A stretch of DNA of 64,000 nt from Clostridia bacterium (lineage in GTDB: Bacteria > Bacillota > Clostridia > Christensenellales > Borkfalkiaceae), in contig JAFTPK010000005.1 of the NCBI GenBank assembly GCA_017463325.1, positions 7,094 to 71,093 on the forward strand. Direction: 5' to 3'. How positions within the stretch are numbered: the stretch's first letter is position 1; each line of letters begins with the position of its first letter. The notes beneath the pieces are model-generated. The model was not told the origin of the DNA. It ran no database searches and saw only the letters and a list, made by a program, of their open reading frames with translations. Shown in pieces: positions 44,884 to 54,788 of this stretch. A program made the translations under genes and the position numbers.

Positions 44884-45519
44884 TTAACGGTTGCGCTTAC
44901 AAAGCTCGGCGCAAACCTCCGAAAGTTTAACGCCTTTCGCCGCAAGCAACACCATCATATGATAGAGGAAATCCCCCGCCTCGTCAATCACGTCTTCTTT
45001 GTCGTCGTTCTTGCTTGCAATCACAAGCTCTACCGCCTCTTCGCCCACCTTTTTCGCGATCTTGTCCACACCGCGAATGAGCAAATAGTTGGTATACGAG
45101 CCTTCTTCGGGGTTCTTTTTACAGTCCTCGATCAACCGTTGCAGCCGCCCGAACATCTCGCCGCCGACGGTATTATACTCACCCTTAATACGGTTTTCAA
45201 AGCGGGAAAATTTCCCACCCTCAACGTCCGCGCCCAGTTTTTGACGAACGCGTAAAAGCAAGGTGTCGCTGTCCTTATCAAGATACGCCGCCATCACCTT
45301 TTGGGTGTTGCCCGCGCCCTCGCCGAATTTGGATACGCTTTCCTTAGAACGGCTATAATAGTGCGCGTAGCCGCTTTCAAAGGTCTTTGCCGCGGCCTCC
45401 TCGTTCATATACGCAAGCATCAGGACTTCACCGCTTTCGTAGTCCTGTGCGATTACGGGAATCAACCCGTTTTCATTGTAACGAAATTCTTTTACGTTGA
45501 TCTCTTGTTTAGTTGCCAT
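44884..45519 (-). CDS. hisIE: Bifunctional phosphoribosyl-AMP cyclohydrolase / phosphoribosyl-ATP pyrophosphatase
   Basis: HisI block GLIPVIAQDYESGEVLMLAYMNEEA...YYSRS. HisE/MazG-like block YTNYLL...KIAKKVGEEAVELVIA...EAGDFLYHMMVLL. Start set at the ATG at 45519 (MATKQE), behind a GGAGGGA RBS. Confidence 0.85.
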   Translation of the reverse strand: MATKQEINVKEFRYNENGLIPVIAQDYESGEVLMLAYMNEEAAAKTFESGYAHYYSRSKESVSKFGEGAGNTQKVMAAYLDKDSDTLLLRVRQKLGADVEGGKFSRFENRIKGEYNTVGGEMFGRLQRLIEDCKKNPEEGSYTNYLLIRGVDKIAKKVGEEAVELVIASKNDDKEDVIDEAGDFLYHMMVLLAAKGVKLSEVCAELCKRNR

Positions 45520-45644
45520 AGTCGATTCCCTCCTTTGGAATTCGGGGTACTTCACAACCCCTCGTCAATTCTATTATACAACAAATTTTTCCATTCGTCA
45601 ATAGCTGGGAGAAAATTTTCTTCCGTTTTTCACAATTTTCCTCT

Positions 45645-47651
45645 TTAATTCAACACGACGTCCTTCAACGCGTCGTATTTCCGATACGCCGACGCACGCA
45701 GCTCTTCCGAATCTAAACGCCTTTCAAAGGTTTCGTCCGAAAGCTGCTTTGCGAAGAAAATAACGCTCGTCGAATAGCGGAGGTTTTTGACGTCATTTAA
45801 CATTTTTCCCGACTGCCGCGTCCCAAAAAAGTCGCCGCTGCCGCGCATTTCCAAATCCTTTTCCGCAATCTTGAACCCGTCGGTATGATTTTTCAAGGTC
45901 AAAAGTCGCTCCCTCGCCGTTTCACTTTCCGCACCCATCAACAGGAAACAGTAGCTCTTCTCGCTCCCTCTTCCGACGCGGCCGCGAAGCTGATGCAGCT
46001 GCGAAAGCCCGAACCGCTCCGCATTGTAAATAATCATAATGGTCGCGTTGGGCACGTCCACGCCAACCTCAATGACCGTCGTGGATACAAGACAATCAAA
46101 CTCCCGCCGTTTAAAAGCCGCCATAATCTCCGCTTTTTCTTTGTCTTTCATTCGCCCGTGCAACAGCCCGAACCGCACGGTGGGCAGTCTTTCAGAAAGC
46201 TCCTCGTAAAGCTCTTTGACGCTAATGAGCGCCCCTTCCTCGTCGCCTTCGATTTTCGGACAAACGAAATATGCCTGTTTCCCCGCCGCAACCTCGCGGG
46301 AAATATAGGAGAGCATATCTGCGTATTTGCTTTCAGGAATAATGCTTGTGGAAATTTCCTGCCGCGACTTAGGCTTATCGGTAATCGTCGTCACGTCCAG
46401 ATCGCCGTAGAAAATAAGCGAAAGCGTACGGGGAATGGGCGTCGCGCTCATCACGAGCACGTCTACCCCCTCTCCCTTTTCCGAAAGCGCGTTGCGTTGC
46501 GCCACGCCGAAACGGTGCTGCTCGTCGCAAACGACGAAAGAAAGATCGGGAATCTCGACGTTGCCCTGTAAAATGGCGTGCGTACCGCAAAGAATATCAA
46601 TTTCTCCGCGACTAAGAGCCTCTTTTATCTCCCGCTTTTCCTTGGCTGTCATGCCGCCCGCAAGATACCCCACTCGATACTCGGGAAAATATTTTTGTAA
46701 AATAGCGTAATTTTGCGCGGCAAGCACCTCGGTCGGGGAAAGATACGCCGCCCTTTTCCCGCTCCGCACAGCCATAAAAATACCGCACAGCGCCACCGCC
46801 GTTTTTCCGCTCCCGACGTCGCCCTGCAACAATCTGTTCATGCGGGTAGGGGCGTAAAGGTTCTCGTAGATTTCATTCACCGCCCTCTTTTGCCCGTCCG
46901 TGAACTCAAAGCCAAACCGCCCCGCAAACTCTTTCACCTCTTTCGCTGAAACGGTGTACTTATTCATTCGCACCTCTTCCTTGCCGCCTTTGATCAGCTT
47001 GAACGCGGAAATGAGAAGAAAGTATTCTTCCAACGCGATCCGCTCCGCCGCCTCGTCCTTTCTCGTTTCTGAGGTGGGATTGTGGATCTCGAAAAAGCTG
47101 CGCGGCAACGAGGGTAAGCCGTATTTTTTGATTAAAACTTCGGGGATCACGCTGTCAATCAAGGTCTTGGAAAGCGCCTCGTTCACCGCTTCCCGCACGA
47201 TTTTTTGCGTCAACGCCCCTTTGAGGGAATAGACGGGCACAATCCCTTTTAAACGGTAATTTTTATCCAGCGGCTCAAACGTGGGATTCACAAGAGAAAT
47301 TTGCCCGTAGCGATTTTGCACGCGGCCGTAAAAAAGGTATTCTCCCGGTTTTAATTTCTGCGCGACGTAGGGCTGATTAAACCAAACGGCAGTAAAGGGC
47401 AGCCCGTCCTGCGAACAAAAAGCGCGCACCACCTTTCTCGGATGCGCGTGATTGACGGGCGCAAGCCGATTTACCTCGCACGCCACAAGCACCGTTTCGT
47501 TGTGATACGCCGTGCGAAGAGAGGCTCTGTTCGTCATATCCAAATAGGCGCGCGGAAAGAAGCGGGCAAGCTCCTCCACAGAGGAAACGCCCAGCTTCAA
47601 AAAGTCCTTTTCCCGTTTTGCCCCGACGTTGCGGAGGGAAGAAAGTTGCAT
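45645..47651 (-). CDS. recG: ATP-dependent DNA helicase RecG
   Basis: Wedge-domain N-terminus, motif I GDVGSGKT, motif II VCDEQHRFG, and LHQLRGRVGRG. Start set at the ATG at 47651 (MQLSSL). Confidence 0.9.
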   Translation of the reverse strand: MQLSSLRNVGAKREKDFLKLGVSSVEELARFFPRAYLDMTNRASLRTAYHNETVLVACEVNRLAPVNHAHPRKVVRAFCSQDGLPFTAVWFNQPYVAQKLKPGEYLFYGRVQNRYGQISLVNPTFEPLDKNYRLKGIVPVYSLKGALTQKIVREAVNEALSKTLIDSVIPEVLIKKYGLPSLPRSFFEIHNPTSETRKDEAAERIALEEYFLLISAFKLIKGGKEEVRMNKYTVSAKEVKEFAGRFGFEFTDGQKRAVNEIYENLYAPTRMNRLLQGDVGSGKTAVALCGIFMAVRSGKRAAYLSPTEVLAAQNYAILQKYFPEYRVGYLAGGMTAKEKREIKEALSRGEIDILCGTHAILQGNVEIPDLSFVVCDEQHRFGVAQRNALSEKGEGVDVLVMSATPIPRTLSLIFYGDLDVTTITDKPKSRQEISTSIIPESKYADMLSYISREVAAGKQAYFVCPKIEGDEEGALISVKELYEELSERLPTVRFGLLHGRMKDKEKAEIMAAFKRREFDCLVSTTVIEVGVDVPNATIMIIYNAERFGLSQLHQLRGRVGRGSEKSYCFLLMGAESETARERLLTLKNHTDGFKIAEKDLEMRGSGDFFGTRQSGKMLNDVKNLRYSTSVIFFAKQLSDETFERRLDSEELRASAYRKYDALKDVVLN

Positions 47652-47738
47652 GATATACCCCCTAAACAAAGCCTTACACAAAAAGGCGTTGCGCGTAACT
47701 CAAACGCGCCCCGCCTTTGTAAACGTAATGAAAAATAA

Positions 47739-49379
47739 TTATTCTAAGGATAAGAGATAATAGTACACGGGTTGACCGCCGCTGTGATAATCCACGTCAC
47801 AATCGGGATAAAGCTCCGCTACTTTCGCGCAGAGGTTTTCCGCGTCCTCCTCTTTCACGTCCTCTCCGTAGTACAGGGTGATTACCTGATGGCTCTCGTC
47901 TTTCATGTGCGCAATCAGTTTGATCACCGTTTCTTCCACGCACTTAGACTTAGCCAAAATTTTCTTGTCGTCAAGCCCGATAATATCCCCCTCTTTGATA
48001 GAGAACCCGTTCAGCGAGGTATTTCTCACCGCGTGCGTTACTTGACCTGCCTTGACGTTGTCAAGGGCGTGGATCATATTCGTCTTGTTCTCCTCAACGC
48101 TCGCCTCGGGATTAAATTCGAGCGCCGCTGTAAAGCCCTGCGGCACGTTCTTGGTGGGGATCACGTGGAGCTTGCGGTTTTCGACGAGGTTTCTCGCCTG
48201 CTCAGCCGCAAGAATAATATTTTTGTTGTTGGGGAACACGAAAATATGCTCCGCATTGATTTTCTGCGCCGCCGTCGCGATATCGCTCGCGCTCGGGTTC
48301 ATGGTCTGCCCGCCTTCAATAATACGGTCTACGAACAAATCCTTGAAAATATCGGAAAGGCCTTGCCCTGCGCAGATGGCAAGCATACCCATTTCTTTCT
48401 TTTCCGCCTCTCTCTTTGCCCGAAGCTGACGGTTTTGCTCTAACATATTCTCGATCTTCGGACGATCCAACTCCCCAAGTTCCAGCGCATAGGTAAGCGC
48501 TTTGCCGGGCGCGTTGGTATGCACGTGCACCTTGACAAGCTCCAAATCGCCGATACAAATTACGCTGTCGCCGATTTTCATCAAGCGTTCTCTTAAATGG
48601 TCAATATCGGAAAGCGTGGTGCTCTTTTTTAAATTGATAATAAAGAACTCGGTACAATAGGCGTATTGAATTTCCCCGAGATCCATATTGATAATGTCGG
48701 AGTTATCCCCGAAATCCTCGGCGGGCGCCTCTTCCGCGTCCACGGAAACCTCCGCTACTTCTTCGCCCGTTACGACGGACGCAAACCCTTTCATAATGGT
48801 CATAAGCCCGACGCCGCCGCTATCGACAACGCCCGCTTTTTTCAAGACAGGCAACAGCTCGGGCGTGAGCGCAAGCGCCTTCTCCCCTGCTTGGATTACT
48901 TCCGCGAAGAAATCCTCGAAAAGCTTTTTCTTCCCCGCGATTTTAACGGCGTGCTCGCTCATCATACGAATAACGGTAAGAATAGTGCCTTCTTTGGGAA
49001 CGGAAACCGCCTTGTAGGCAACCTTCGTACCCGTTTCAAGGGCTTTTGCAAAAACCTTGGTATCGACTGCGTCGTTTTGTTCTCTCAAAACGTTGCAGAT
49101 CCCTTTCAAAATCTGAGAAAGGATAACGCCCGAATTCCCTCTCGCACCCTTTAACGCGCCCTTGGAAACGGCGTCGCAAATACTCGAAAAGGTATTCGAG
49201 GGACAAGCGGAAAGCTCTCTCACCGACGATTGCATGGTAAGCGACATATTCGTGCCGGTATCGCCGTCGGGTACGGGAAATACGTTGAGCGCGTCTACTT
49301 TGGCGCGGTTTATTTCCAAGAGCTTCGCCCCGACGAGGATCATTTTACGAAACTCTGTACTGTTAATTGTTTTAGGCAT
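47739..49379 (-). CDS. yloV: DAK2 domain-containing protein (YloV family)
   Basis: N-terminal Dak2 block NVFPVPDGDTGTNM. Size is about 545 aa. Conserved position between asp23 and recG. Confidence 0.85.
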   Translation of the reverse strand: MPKTINSTEFRKMILVGAKLLEINRAKVDALNVFPVPDGDTGTNMSLTMQSSVRELSACPSNTFSSICDAVSKGALKGARGNSGVILSQILKGICNVLREQNDAVDTKVFAKALETGTKVAYKAVSVPKEGTILTVIRMMSEHAVKIAGKKKLFEDFFAEVIQAGEKALALTPELLPVLKKAGVVDSGGVGLMTIMKGFASVVTGEEVAEVSVDAEEAPAEDFGDNSDIINMDLGEIQYAYCTEFFIINLKKSTTLSDIDHLRERLMKIGDSVICIGDLELVKVHVHTNAPGKALTYALELGELDRPKIENMLEQNRQLRAKREAEKKEMGMLAICAGQGLSDIFKDLFVDRIIEGGQTMNPSASDIATAAQKINAEHIFVFPNNKNIILAAEQARNLVENRKLHVIPTKNVPQGFTAALEFNPEASVEENKTNMIHALDNVKAGQVTHAVRNTSLNGFSIKEGDIIGLDDKKILAKSKCVEETVIKLIAHMKDESHQVITLYYGEDVKEEDAENLCAKVAELYPDCDVDYHSGGQPVYYYLLSLE

Positions 49380-49499
49380 TGAAAATGCTCCTTTGTTTTT
49401 GATTTTTAGGAGCCGACAGTTGACAATGCGTCCCGCCGACTATATAATTATGGAAACGCGCGCGTAAAGAACGGGCGTATTCCCATGGAATAAGCAAGG

Positions 49500-49850
49500 T
49501 TATAATTTAACGCCGATCACGTTGACGTTTACGGTGTTGACGATCATACCCGTAAACCGTTCGACTTTGTATTTGACCGCCTCTTTTAACGATTCGGCGA
49601 CGGCGTTGATGGAAACGCCGTATTTCACGATCACGTAAACGTCTACGAAGATGTGGTTCCCGGAGGTAGTCACGCGGATCCCTTTTCCACCCGTATCTTT
49701 TTTCAAAAGTTCCGCAAGCGCGTCGGTAAAACGGCGCGGAACCATTTCCACGATCCCGTAACATTCGAGCGCGGTACGCGAGGCGACCTTGGCGATCGCA
49801 AGATCGGATATGGAGATTTGGCCGTAGGCGTTACTGGTATTAACTGACAT
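49500..49850 (-). CDS. Asp23/Gls24 family envelope stress protein (YloU-like)
   Basis: ISDLAIAKVASRTALECYGIVEM and the ~116-aa length are typical. Conserved position next to yloV. Confidence 0.85.
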   Translation of the reverse strand: MSVNTSNAYGQISISDLAIAKVASRTALECYGIVEMVPRRFTDALAELLKKDTGGKGIRVTTSGNHIFVDVYVIVKYGVSINAVAESLKEAVKYKVERFTGMIVNTVNVNVIGVKL

Positions 49851-50068
49851 TCTTTTCCTCCAAGTTCTTTCTTATTGTACACTATTTATCGGTATTTTGC
49901 AAGCACTTTTTTAAAAAAACCGAATATTTTTTATTTTTTTGTTTTTTTCGGCTCATTTTTAATTGCTTTTTCTTGGAAATAATGATATATTATTAGTGCT
50001 GATTTTGCGAGAGAGTTTGCTCGCAGTCAAACGAATCAAGTAAATTTAACTCAATCGGAGGTGTTAAT

Positions 50069-50251
50069 ATGTCCAGAGTATGCAATATTTGCGGGAAAGG
50101 TCAAGCGTCGGGCAACAACGTCAGCCACTCCAACCGTAAAACGAGAAGAACTTTCAAGGCGAACGTACAGAAGGTTTCCTACGTAGAAAACGGCAAGGAA
50201 GTAAGCGGCTACGTTTGCACCAGATGTCTTAAAAAAGCGGATCGCGCGTAA
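50069..50251 (+). CDS. rpmB: 50S ribosomal protein L28
   Basis: [34 protein letters not shown] is the canonical L28 sequence pattern. Confidence 0.92.
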   Translation: MSRVCNICGKGQASGNNVSHSNRKTRRTFKANVQKVSYVENGKEVSGYVCTRCLKKADRA

Positions 50252-50297
50252 ATCTCGCCCCGCTCTTTTAAGCGCACAATTTAACACGAAAAGCAAG

Positions 50298-50326
50298 CTG
50301 TCTGACGTCGGTCAAGACAGTTTTTT
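50298..50326 (+). terminator. Rho-independent terminator after rpmB
   Basis: Stem CTGTCTGAC / GTCAAGACAG (one bulge), loop GTCG, then T6. Confidence 0.6.
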
Positions 50327-50337
50327 CGTTTTAGAAA

Positions 50338-50380
50338 ACAGGGCGGGAAAGCGTTGCTTTCCCGCCCTGTTTTTATTTTT
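50338..50380. terminator. Bidirectional terminator between rpmB and rpe
   Basis: Perfect 15-bp stem ACAGGGCGGGAAAGC / GCTTTCCCGCCCTGT with loop GTT. T-rich tracts are present on both strands. Confidence 0.75.
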
Positions 50381-50383
50381 TTA

Positions 50384-51037
50384 TCACGCTTTTAAGGCGG
50401 CGATCGTTTTTGCGCGATCCTCTGCTTTAAATACCGCGCTTCCCGCAACAATCACGTTCGCCCCCGCCGCTTTTACTTCCTCTACGTTTTCAAGGCTCAC
50501 CCCGCCGTCGATCTCTACGTCGATCTCTTTCCCAAGCGTTTCTACGATCATTCGCACCTCGCGCACCTTATCTAGCGCCGACGAAATAAATTTCTGCCCG
50601 CCAAACCCGGGGAAAACGCTCATAATCAGCACCATATCGCAAAGAGGGATCACCTCTTTTATTTTTTCCACGGGCGTATCGGGATTGATGACCGCGCCGC
50701 ATTTTACCCCCGTTTCCTTAATTTGCAGCAGCACTTCTTTCAAATTCTCCTTACACGCCTCGTAATGCACGGTAATAATATCCGCGCCCGCTTTCGCAAA
50801 GCGTTCCACGTACTTTTCGGGATTTACGATCATCAAATGACAATCAAGGGGAAGGCTCGTACGCTTTCTGATATCCTCCACCATTTTAATTCCAAAGGTG
50901 ATGTTATTGACGAAAACGCCGTCCATAACGTCGCAATGCACAAGGTCTGCCCCGCACTTTTCAAGAGAGGCCACCTCCTCGCCCATTTTAGAAAAGTCAG
51001 CCGATAAAATACTCGGCGCAATTTTAACAGTTTTCAT
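50384..51037 (-). CDS. rpe: Ribulose-phosphate 3-epimerase
   Basis: IAPSILSADF, HCDVMDG, DCHLM and VNPGFGGQKF-like FPGFGGQKF motifs. Start set at the ATG at 51037, behind a GAGGAG RBS. Confidence 0.9.
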   Translation of the reverse strand: MKTVKIAPSILSADFSKMGEEVASLEKCGADLVHCDVMDGVFVNNITFGIKMVEDIRKRTSLPLDCHLMIVNPEKYVERFAKAGADIITVHYEACKENLKEVLLQIKETGVKCGAVINPDTPVEKIKEVIPLCDMVLIMSVFPGFGGQKFISSALDKVREVRMIVETLGKEIDVEIDGGVSLENVEEVKAAGANVIVAGSAVFKAEDRAKTIAALKA

Positions 51038-51087
51038 TCTTTTTTCTCCTCGGTAAAAATTCATATTTGATCATTCCAGTCTTATAG

Positions 51088-52146
51088 TCAACTTTTCTCC
51101 AAATAGCTTGCGCGGAGCTGTCCGCACGCACCGCCGATATCCACGCCGATCTGACGGCGCAAGGTCGCCGAAAGCCCGCCCTTTTCCAAAAGCCCCAAAA
51201 AACGGTAAGCCGCTTTGTCCGAAATGCTTTTTAAGGAACGCTCTTTTACCTCGTTCAAGCGAATTAAATTGACGTGACATGGTTTGCCTTTGAGCATCTC
51301 GATCAGCCGCGTTGCGTGCTCCTCGTCGCAATTTTCGCCTGCAATCAGGGTATATTCAAAATAGTACCGTCTGCCCGTTTTTTGGAAATAGACGTCACAA
51401 GCCTTTAAAATCTCGGCAATTTTATACCTTTTTGCAACGGGCATTGTCCGCACCCGTTCCTCGTCCGTCGTCGCGTGTAACGAAACGGTGAGGTTGACGG
51501 GCAAGCCCTCATTCGCAAGCGCAAGCATTTTCGGAACAAGCCCGCAAGTGGAAAGAGAAATATTCCGCGCGCTGATGTTCAGCCCCTCTTCGGCTGTGAC
51601 GGCGCGCAAAAATTTCACTACCTCATGGTAATTGTCCAGCGGTTCTCCACTCCCCATCAAAACAATATTCGTCACCGCCCGAGCCTCTTTCCCAAGCCCC
51701 GCGGACAACTCCTTTTTATGCAAAGCGTTGACAAGCAAAATTTGCGAAAGGATCTCTCCCGACGAAAGATTTCTGAGCAGCCCGCCAAGCGTCGAGGCGC
51801 AAAACTTACAGCCCATACGGCACCCCACCTGCGTCGATACGCATTGCGTGTAGCCGTATTTATATTTCATGAGCACCCCTTCGACGATATTGCCGTCGGC
51901 AAACTCAAAGAGGTATTTTTCCGTTCCGTCCGACGAAGTAAACACCTCGCGCACCTTGATCGCCTCGTTTTCATACTCCTCTTTCAGCCTACTTTTGAAC
52001 GCGGCGGAAAGAGAGGTGATTGCGTCGATCGTTTTTCCCTGCATCAGCCCCTCGTAGAGCTGTTTTGCCCGAAATTTCTTTTCTCCCAGAGAAAGCACGA
52101 GCGTTTCTATTTCGTTGTAGGAAAGGTCTTGTAAAAGCTTTTTCAT
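51088..52146 (-). CDS. rlmN: 23S rRNA/tRNA (adenine-C2)-methyltransferase RlmN (radical SAM)
   Basis: FRAKQLYEGL N-terminus, radical-SAM CRMGCKFCAS, and the C-terminal GGACGQL motif. Confidence 0.88.
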   Translation of the reverse strand: MKKLLQDLSYNEIETLVLSLGEKKFRAKQLYEGLMQGKTIDAITSLSAAFKSRLKEEYENEAIKVREVFTSSDGTEKYLFEFADGNIVEGVLMKYKYGYTQCVSTQVGCRMGCKFCASTLGGLLRNLSSGEILSQILLVNALHKKELSAGLGKEARAVTNIVLMGSGEPLDNYHEVVKFLRAVTAEEGLNISARNISLSTCGLVPKMLALANEGLPVNLTVSLHATTDEERVRTMPVAKRYKIAEILKACDVYFQKTGRRYYFEYTLIAGENCDEEHATRLIEMLKGKPCHVNLIRLNEVKERSLKSISDKAAYRFLGLLEKGGLSATLRRQIGVDIGGACGQLRASYLEKS

Positions 52147-53375
52147 TTTCTTATCAGTTTACAAACGTAAAATCCTGCGCCGTACGCCGTGTCGGGCAAA
52201 AATTGCAAGCCGCAACGTTTTTTTTCATGCGTTAGCGGACTTTCCAAACTTTCCACCTCGTACTCCCCGTTCGTCTTTAAAAACTCCTCGACTACCCTGT
52301 CGTTTTCCTCCTCGAATACAGAGCAGGTAGAATAATACAACGCCCCGCCCTTTTTTACGTACCGACTGCAAGCGGCAAGAATTTCCCTTTGCGCCTTGTG
52401 TAAGGACTTGAAATCCTCTTCCTTTCTAAACAGCTTAATGTCGGGATTTTCGCTCACCGTGCCAAACCCCGAACAGGGCACGTCGCAAAGCACGGCGTCA
52501 AATTTTCCCTCGTACGCAGGGTCGAACACAGAGCTGTCCTTTTCCAAGGGATCAACGTTTTTCGCCCCCATTCTCTCCGCGTACGCCTCGATCAGCTTAA
52601 CGCGGTGCGGGTGCAGTTCAAAAGAGGTTACCTGCGCGCATTTTTTCGCAAGCAGCACCGATTTTCCCCCGGGGGCAGCACAAGCGTCCAGTAGCTTTTC
52701 ACAAGGACTTACACAGTCGCAAATCGCAATACTGCCCACCGATTGAAAGGTGTAGTCCCCCTTTTCAAACCCCTCGTCGCGGACAAAATTTTCAAAGAGG
52801 AAATTCCCCGAAAAGGGGGTGGCGATATGCGGTTTTTTGGTATAGCGTTCCTCGCCCCGCTCAAATCGTACGGAAACGCCCGCGCTTTTTGCCGCGGCAA
52901 TCGCTTTCGCCCGCTCGCCGTATTCCTTTTTCAGTTTTTTATAAGCGTATGCGGGATAGGAGAGAAAAATACTTTCCCTATTCTCTTCTTTTTCCAGCGC
53001 ACTATCCACCTCTGCCCGTTCAAAACGGCGTAAAAAGGCGTTGACAAACCCCGAAACGCCCGATTTCCCAAGCTTTTTACAAAGGGTCACCGCGCAGTCC
53101 GTCACCATATATTTCTGCTTTTCCATAAACAACAGCATATACAGCGAAATTTTTAAAATCGTCCTCACAACCAGCTTGGGCGCCTTGGGTGCGTAATGGC
53201 GGATACAGTAATCGAAATATCCGTCGTTTTCCAACACGCCGTACACAATCTTCACCGTTCGCCCGCGATACAGCTCCTCAATGTAGGTATCTGCGATCGC
53301 CTGTTTGACGTGCGCACCCTCCGAATAGATCTTCGTTAAAATTTGAAAAGGATCGTAAACGGGATTGCTCAGCAT
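52143..53375 (-). CDS. rsmB: 16S rRNA (cytosine-C5)-methyltransferase RsmB/Sun family
   Basis: SAM motif LDACAAPGGKS, with catalytic DVPCSGFGT and YSTCS. Start set at the ATG at 53375, which overlaps the fmt stop (ATGCTGA). The longer track ORF runs into fmt. Confidence 0.8.
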   Translation of the reverse strand: MLSNPVYDPFQILTKIYSEGAHVKQAIADTYIEELYRGRTVKIVYGVLENDGYFDYCIRHYAPKAPKLVVRTILKISLYMLLFMEKQKYMVTDCAVTLCKKLGKSGVSGFVNAFLRRFERAEVDSALEKEENRESIFLSYPAYAYKKLKKEYGERAKAIAAAKSAGVSVRFERGEERYTKKPHIATPFSGNFLFENFVRDEGFEKGDYTFQSVGSIAICDCVSPCEKLLDACAAPGGKSVLLAKKCAQVTSFELHPHRVKLIEAYAERMGAKNVDPLEKDSSVFDPAYEGKFDAVLCDVPCSGFGTVSENPDIKLFRKEEDFKSLHKAQREILAACSRYVKKGGALYYSTCSVFEEENDRVVEEFLKTNGEYEVESLESPLTHEKKRCGLQFLPDTAYGAGFYVCKLIRK

Positions 53376-54304
53376 ACGAACACCTGCCCTTTTTGTAGCT
53401 TTCTGCCGTTCAAAAGATCGCTGCCTTTCATGCGTTTTCCACCCGCAAGCTGCACCTCGGTAAGGCGCACCGCGCCGTCGCCGCACTTGACGATCAACCC
53501 CTTTTTGGGCGTATCGCAAACGATCTCGCCGAAAGCTCCCGCCGCGTCAAAAAACTCGGGAGCAGGCTCCGCACGGTAAATATTCAAAGCCCCCGTTTCC
53601 AAAACCGCGTACGCCACGGGCGCAGGATTCATACCGCGCACTAAATTGACAATCTCTCTCACCGTCCGTGAGAAATCCACCCGCGCGTGCTCCTTGCCGA
53701 TCTTCCGCACCACTCGCGCCCCCTCCTCGCTTTGCGGGGTTAGAGCGTATTCTCCCGTTTCTATCTTACGGAGCGCTTTCACGATCGCCTCCGCGCCAAG
53801 CAGAGAAAGCCGCGCGGAAAGCTCCCCGTACGTTTCCGTGTCGCTGATCGCCGTTCTTTCCTCCACGAGCACCGCGCCCGTATCCAGTCCCAGCTCCGTT
53901 TTCATAATGCAAACGCCCGTTTCCCGTTCCCCGTTTAAAATACAACTTTGAATGGGGGAGGCACCGCGGTAAAAGGGCAGTAGCCCCGCGTGGATATTCC
54001 ATACGCCGAGCGGGAAAAGATCGAGCACCTCTTGCGTCAAAATCTGCCCGTACGCACAGGTCACGAGAAGCTCGCCCCCAAGCGCGCGCACCTCATAAAG
54101 AGCCTCCCGAATTTTTTCAGGCTGCAATACGGGAATCCCCAGCTCCTTTGCGAGCGTTTTGACGGGCGGCGGGGTCAAAATCCCCTTTCTGCCCTGCGGC
54201 TTATCGCCCTGCGTCACGACGCCCACCACCTCAAAGCCGCTCTCGATTAAATTGCGTAAGGGCGCCAAAGCGAACTCGGGCGTTCCCGCAAAGACTATTT
54301 TCAC
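53369..54304 (-). CDS. fmt: Methionyl-tRNA formyltransferase
   Basis: MKIVFAGTPEFA N-terminus, NIHAGLLPFYRGASPIQ (the HxSLLPxxRG motif) and a C-terminal beta-barrel region. Confidence 0.9.
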   Translation of the reverse strand: MKIVFAGTPEFALAPLRNLIESGFEVVGVVTQGDKPQGRKGILTPPPVKTLAKELGIPVLQPEKIREALYEVRALGGELLVTCAYGQILTQEVLDLFPLGVWNIHAGLLPFYRGASPIQSCILNGERETGVCIMKTELGLDTGAVLVEERTAISDTETYGELSARLSLLGAEAIVKALRKIETGEYALTPQSEEGARVVRKIGKEHARVDFSRTVREIVNLVRGMNPAPVAYAVLETGALNIYRAEPAPEFFDAAGAFGEIVCDTPKKGLIVKCGDGAVRLTEVQLAGGKRMKGSDLLNGRKLQKGQVFVC

Positions 54305-54316
54305 CTTATCTTCTCC

Positions 54317-54769
54317 TTATACCCGCTCGATATGCGTGGCTTTGTCAATATAGAGCACGCCGTCAAGGTGGTCAAGCTCGTGACAAATCGCCCGTGCGAA
54401 GAACCCTTTCGCCTGCAAAAGATGCTTTTCGCCGTGACGGTCGTAATAGGACACCTTTACTTTCATAGGTCGCGAAACCAGCCCGTTTTTTCCGCGCACC
54501 GAAAGACAGCCCTCCCAACCCGTCTGTTCTCCCTTTTGAATGAGAATGGTCGGGTTGATCAGCTCGTAATACCCCTCTTCGACGTCCACGACGGCGATAC
54601 GGCGCAAAACGCCGATTTGCGGCCCTGCAAGCCCCGCACCGTTTTCCTTTTTTACCGTGTCCTTCATGTCGTCGAGCAAGGCCCAAAGCCCCGCGTCAAA
54701 CGCCTCGACGGGCATACATTTTTGTCTTAATACTTCGTCGCCAACTTGCACGACCTGTCTAATAGCCAT
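54317..54769 (-). CDS. def: Peptide deformylase
   Basis: All three motifs present: GAGLAGPQIG, EGCLS and HELDHL. Confidence 0.92.
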   Translation of the reverse strand: MAIRQVVQVGDEVLRQKCMPVEAFDAGLWALLDDMKDTVKKENGAGLAGPQIGVLRRIAVVDVEEGYYELINPTILIQKGEQTGWEGCLSVRGKNGLVSRPMKVKVSYYDRHGEKHLLQAKGFFARAICHELDHLDGVLYIDKATHIERV

Positions 54770-54788
54770 CTTTCTTTCTCCTTACGTT

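Noticed and set aside
45885-48443. Plus-strand ORFs of 228 and 223 aa (45885-46571 and 47772-48443) opposite recG and yloV
   Set aside because: They are shadow ORFs antisense to well-supported genes. They are arginine-rich with low-information sequences and no translation signals. The same reasoning applies to 57913-58479 opposite yicC and 18936-19244.
53376-53519. N-terminal extension of rsmB in the ORF track, and similar extensions at 37368-37493, 37412-37552, 47652-47681 and 63777-63836
   Set aside because: The extensions overlap upstream genes or add non-homologous Arg-rich or hydrophobic residues. Internal ATGs with good RBSs match the expected protein N-termini.
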